From: Takakia lepidozioides
Lineage: Eukaryota > Plantae > Bryophyta
Length of the DNA: 64,000 nt
Direction: 5' to 3'
NCBI GenBank assembly: GCA_030704615.1
Contig: CM060731.1
Location: forward strand, 93,434,001-93,498,000
The number at the start of each line of letters is the position of its first letter. Position 1 is the first letter of the stretch. The translations under genes were made by a program, and so were the position numbers. The notes beneath the pieces were generated by a model. The model saw only the letters and a program-made list of their open reading frames with translations, did no database searches and had not been told where the DNA came from. Shown here in pieces: positions 61,901-64,000 of the stretch.

Positions 61901-63096
61901 ATGACGACAATGCTACCCATATCCTAACAGCATTGCATTCGAAAAGAATTCCCAAAATCAAGATCATGAGGGGAAATGTGAAGTTCCCTTTGGAACCTTC
62001 CACATAGAATGAAGGGTTTGACAGCGAAATAAGGACAAAAAGGGGGAGGAAGATGCAGGTTCCGATTGGGATTTCGCATCGGGCCTGTAGCTTCATGATG
62101 GTGATTGGTTATAACTGCTAATGGAAGAGATGTAGACTTGGCAGTAGATATTTAAACGTTTCGATTATAACTTACCAATCTAACACCAGATAACCTTTGT
62201 AAATCCTATCGAACTCTCCCTTCGAATTCGCATCGTCGATGCTTCCATATATGTCCATGAAGGTAACGTTCCAAATTTCTTCAAGTAGATGCAGTTCTCG
62301 CCTATGATATGATCACCATGCTATCCTGCAATCATCGCATTTGAAGACACGACCCGTCGTTCAGCCATACTGTCGCACATTCCCTCTCTGCAAACTCCAC
62401 ATTCCAAATGGCATCCTCTGCAGACTCTCACTTTACAGACTCAATGAAGAATGCGACTTAGTGCTCTACGGTAACTACAAAATGCTTGAGCTATATCAAA
62501 CCAATATGAAACTAACACATGTACTAAGCTGATAGGATTTCGGCAAACATGGATGGATGAGCTCATCCAATGGATGGATCCATTCATGTATATGTCTTCA
62601 AAATGACACGTGTACTAATAAAGTCATATAAATGCCTTTAAAATGCCATGTGTAGTGATGTAGTCATATATATAGAGTCATGAATCAATCTGCAGTCAAA
62701 CAATCATAAGTTTACATGCCATGTCATGTTATGGATGAACTCGTCCTATGGATGAATACATTCGTGTATTTGCCTTCGAAATGATACGTGTAGCGATGTA
62801 GTCGTATAATTAGAGCTGTGAAACCATCTCCAGTCATGGAGTCATAACATTCCATGAAACGTCGTCCACGTGTAGTCAAACATATCACACTAGTCATATA
62901 AACCATCCCTGTCATTGTGGTCAACAATGTTTGACCAAAGCTTCATAACTTTCCGGAGTCATGTAGTGATATCCTACGTCATGTAGTGATAAAACTATGA
63001 CTGCAACGCATTTCAGCGCTCTGTAGTCATCTACCTAGTGTAGTTTTTATGACTCCGCCAAAGCCGTAGTCCTAAAAACGCTCATCTCTTGTAGTG
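55915..63096 (+). mobile_element. CACTA (EnSpm) element, right part: Tnp2-type transposase gene 55915-58968, subterminal repeats ~62580-63090, right TIR
   Basis: IHAC..GCVLF, LRFGLALDGVNP...STWPV, HDYPA, MHCEKN, MKSHDYH, WMYPMER and PFVFPGQVDQVFF. Terminal ...CTCTTGTAGTG is the reverse complement of CACTACAAGAG. Left end absent. Confidence 0.92.
59160..61025. repeat. About three degenerate copies of a several-hundred-bp module inside the CACTA element
   Basis: ccttcaaatcacaagtttgagc recurs at ~59441, ~60157 and ~60990; cctctggaaatgct at ~59234, ~59717 and ~60432. Confidence 0.75.
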
Positions 63097-64000
63097 GAAC
63101 AAGCCTTAGTTCTTTTAAGTGAAATCCACTCTATCACATAAACTAAGTCAAGCCAAAGGCACCATTACTTAAGGAATCCACCCTACAAAGCCCTCAACAC
63201 ACTCCTTCTCAATACCTAGAGCTATGGTGGTGAGAAAGGCTCATGGAGGCTCAACTACAAGAAGATGAGCCCTCCTCAACCCTCACAAGGGAAAAACCCA
63301 TCCCCATGTCCCAAGTGAGGCTTGATACCTCACTTGGCATATGAGACCAAATGCAGTCCCAACACACAAAATATAAATATAAATATCTAAAATGTCATAG
63401 TTAACTAGAAATAGGTAATTCTAGTTACCCATGACTAAAACCATGACAGCTGTCGTGCAGGTCTAAGCATCGTGCCGCAACATACATCAATGTCCATCAC
63501 ACATTCTAAGCATACAATCCTAGAAAGCTATGTCACAATCGGCCCCCTAGCTGGTGATGAGGTCCTTCTAACATCGGATAGCTGACAAATATCCATCTCA
63601 ATAAGATCATCGTTGGGTCTTCAATCGCACATGTCCCAATTTTCTAAAGTTTATGGATCAAGAGGCCGGGTGCAAAGAGAGCCCCATCGTTAGTCGCCTG
63701 CATGCAATCCATGATCTTCAATTGAGTATCCATGGCGTTGAGCTCCCACCAGCTAGACCTTGGATCACTTGTCAACTCCATCATTGTCATCCCCATTACC
63801 TTTGTCCAAGGCATCGTGGACACAACCATTATCCGCTAGGAACCTCCTCAAGTGGTGGTGTTAAGCATCCCATGTGCCACCCCCTTGAGCATTTGTCACA
63901 TACCAACATGGTTGCGGCACCACCAACATGCCTACATAACATGCAACGTAACCCTGCAGGTACCACTGCAAGGTTGGGATCTATCCTCCCATCCACATGG
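63097..64000 (-). mobile_element. 3' end of another PHD-finger Gypsy element (PHD 63811-63945, PPT ~63541-63550, LTR from 63537 leftwards, cut by the CACTA end)
   Basis: CMLCRHVGGAATMLVCDKCSRGWHMGCLTPPLEEVPSG*WLCPRC. PPT and GCACGACAGCTGTCA motif as at 19892-19996. Confidence 0.87.

Overview
Eukaryotic nuclear DNA from a plant, probably a seed-free land plant such as a moss (inferred from the intron-rich plastidial phosphoglucomutase gene and the TE families). The left ~19 kb is genic: an intact 22-exon plastidial PGM gene (1760-14069), whose 5.6-kb intron 15 holds several nested copies of one (TC)n-tailed LINE family, and a calponin-homology-like gene on the minus strand. The remaining ~45 kb is a nested, partly scrambled TE island. 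It contains a Ty3/Gypsy retrotransposon whose Pol carries a C5 cytosine methyltransferase domain and a C-terminal PHD finger, other Gypsy fragments, and the right half of a CACTA element. The main find is a family of large TIR-bounded Mutator-like DNA transposons, with one complete 12.8-kb copy (31127-43964) and pieces of at least one more. The complete copy encodes a GCM-like/DDE/SWIM transposase head-to-head with a spliced gene for a ParB/Srx-like domain fused to a beta-class N6A/N4C-type DNA methyltransferase fold. Its non-coding DNA carries arrays of 22-bp palindromes, including an 11-unit array with an exact 53-bp period and diverse spacers between the two genes. Most TE genes carry stops or frameshifts. 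All domain calls come from motif recognition by eye, not from database searches.
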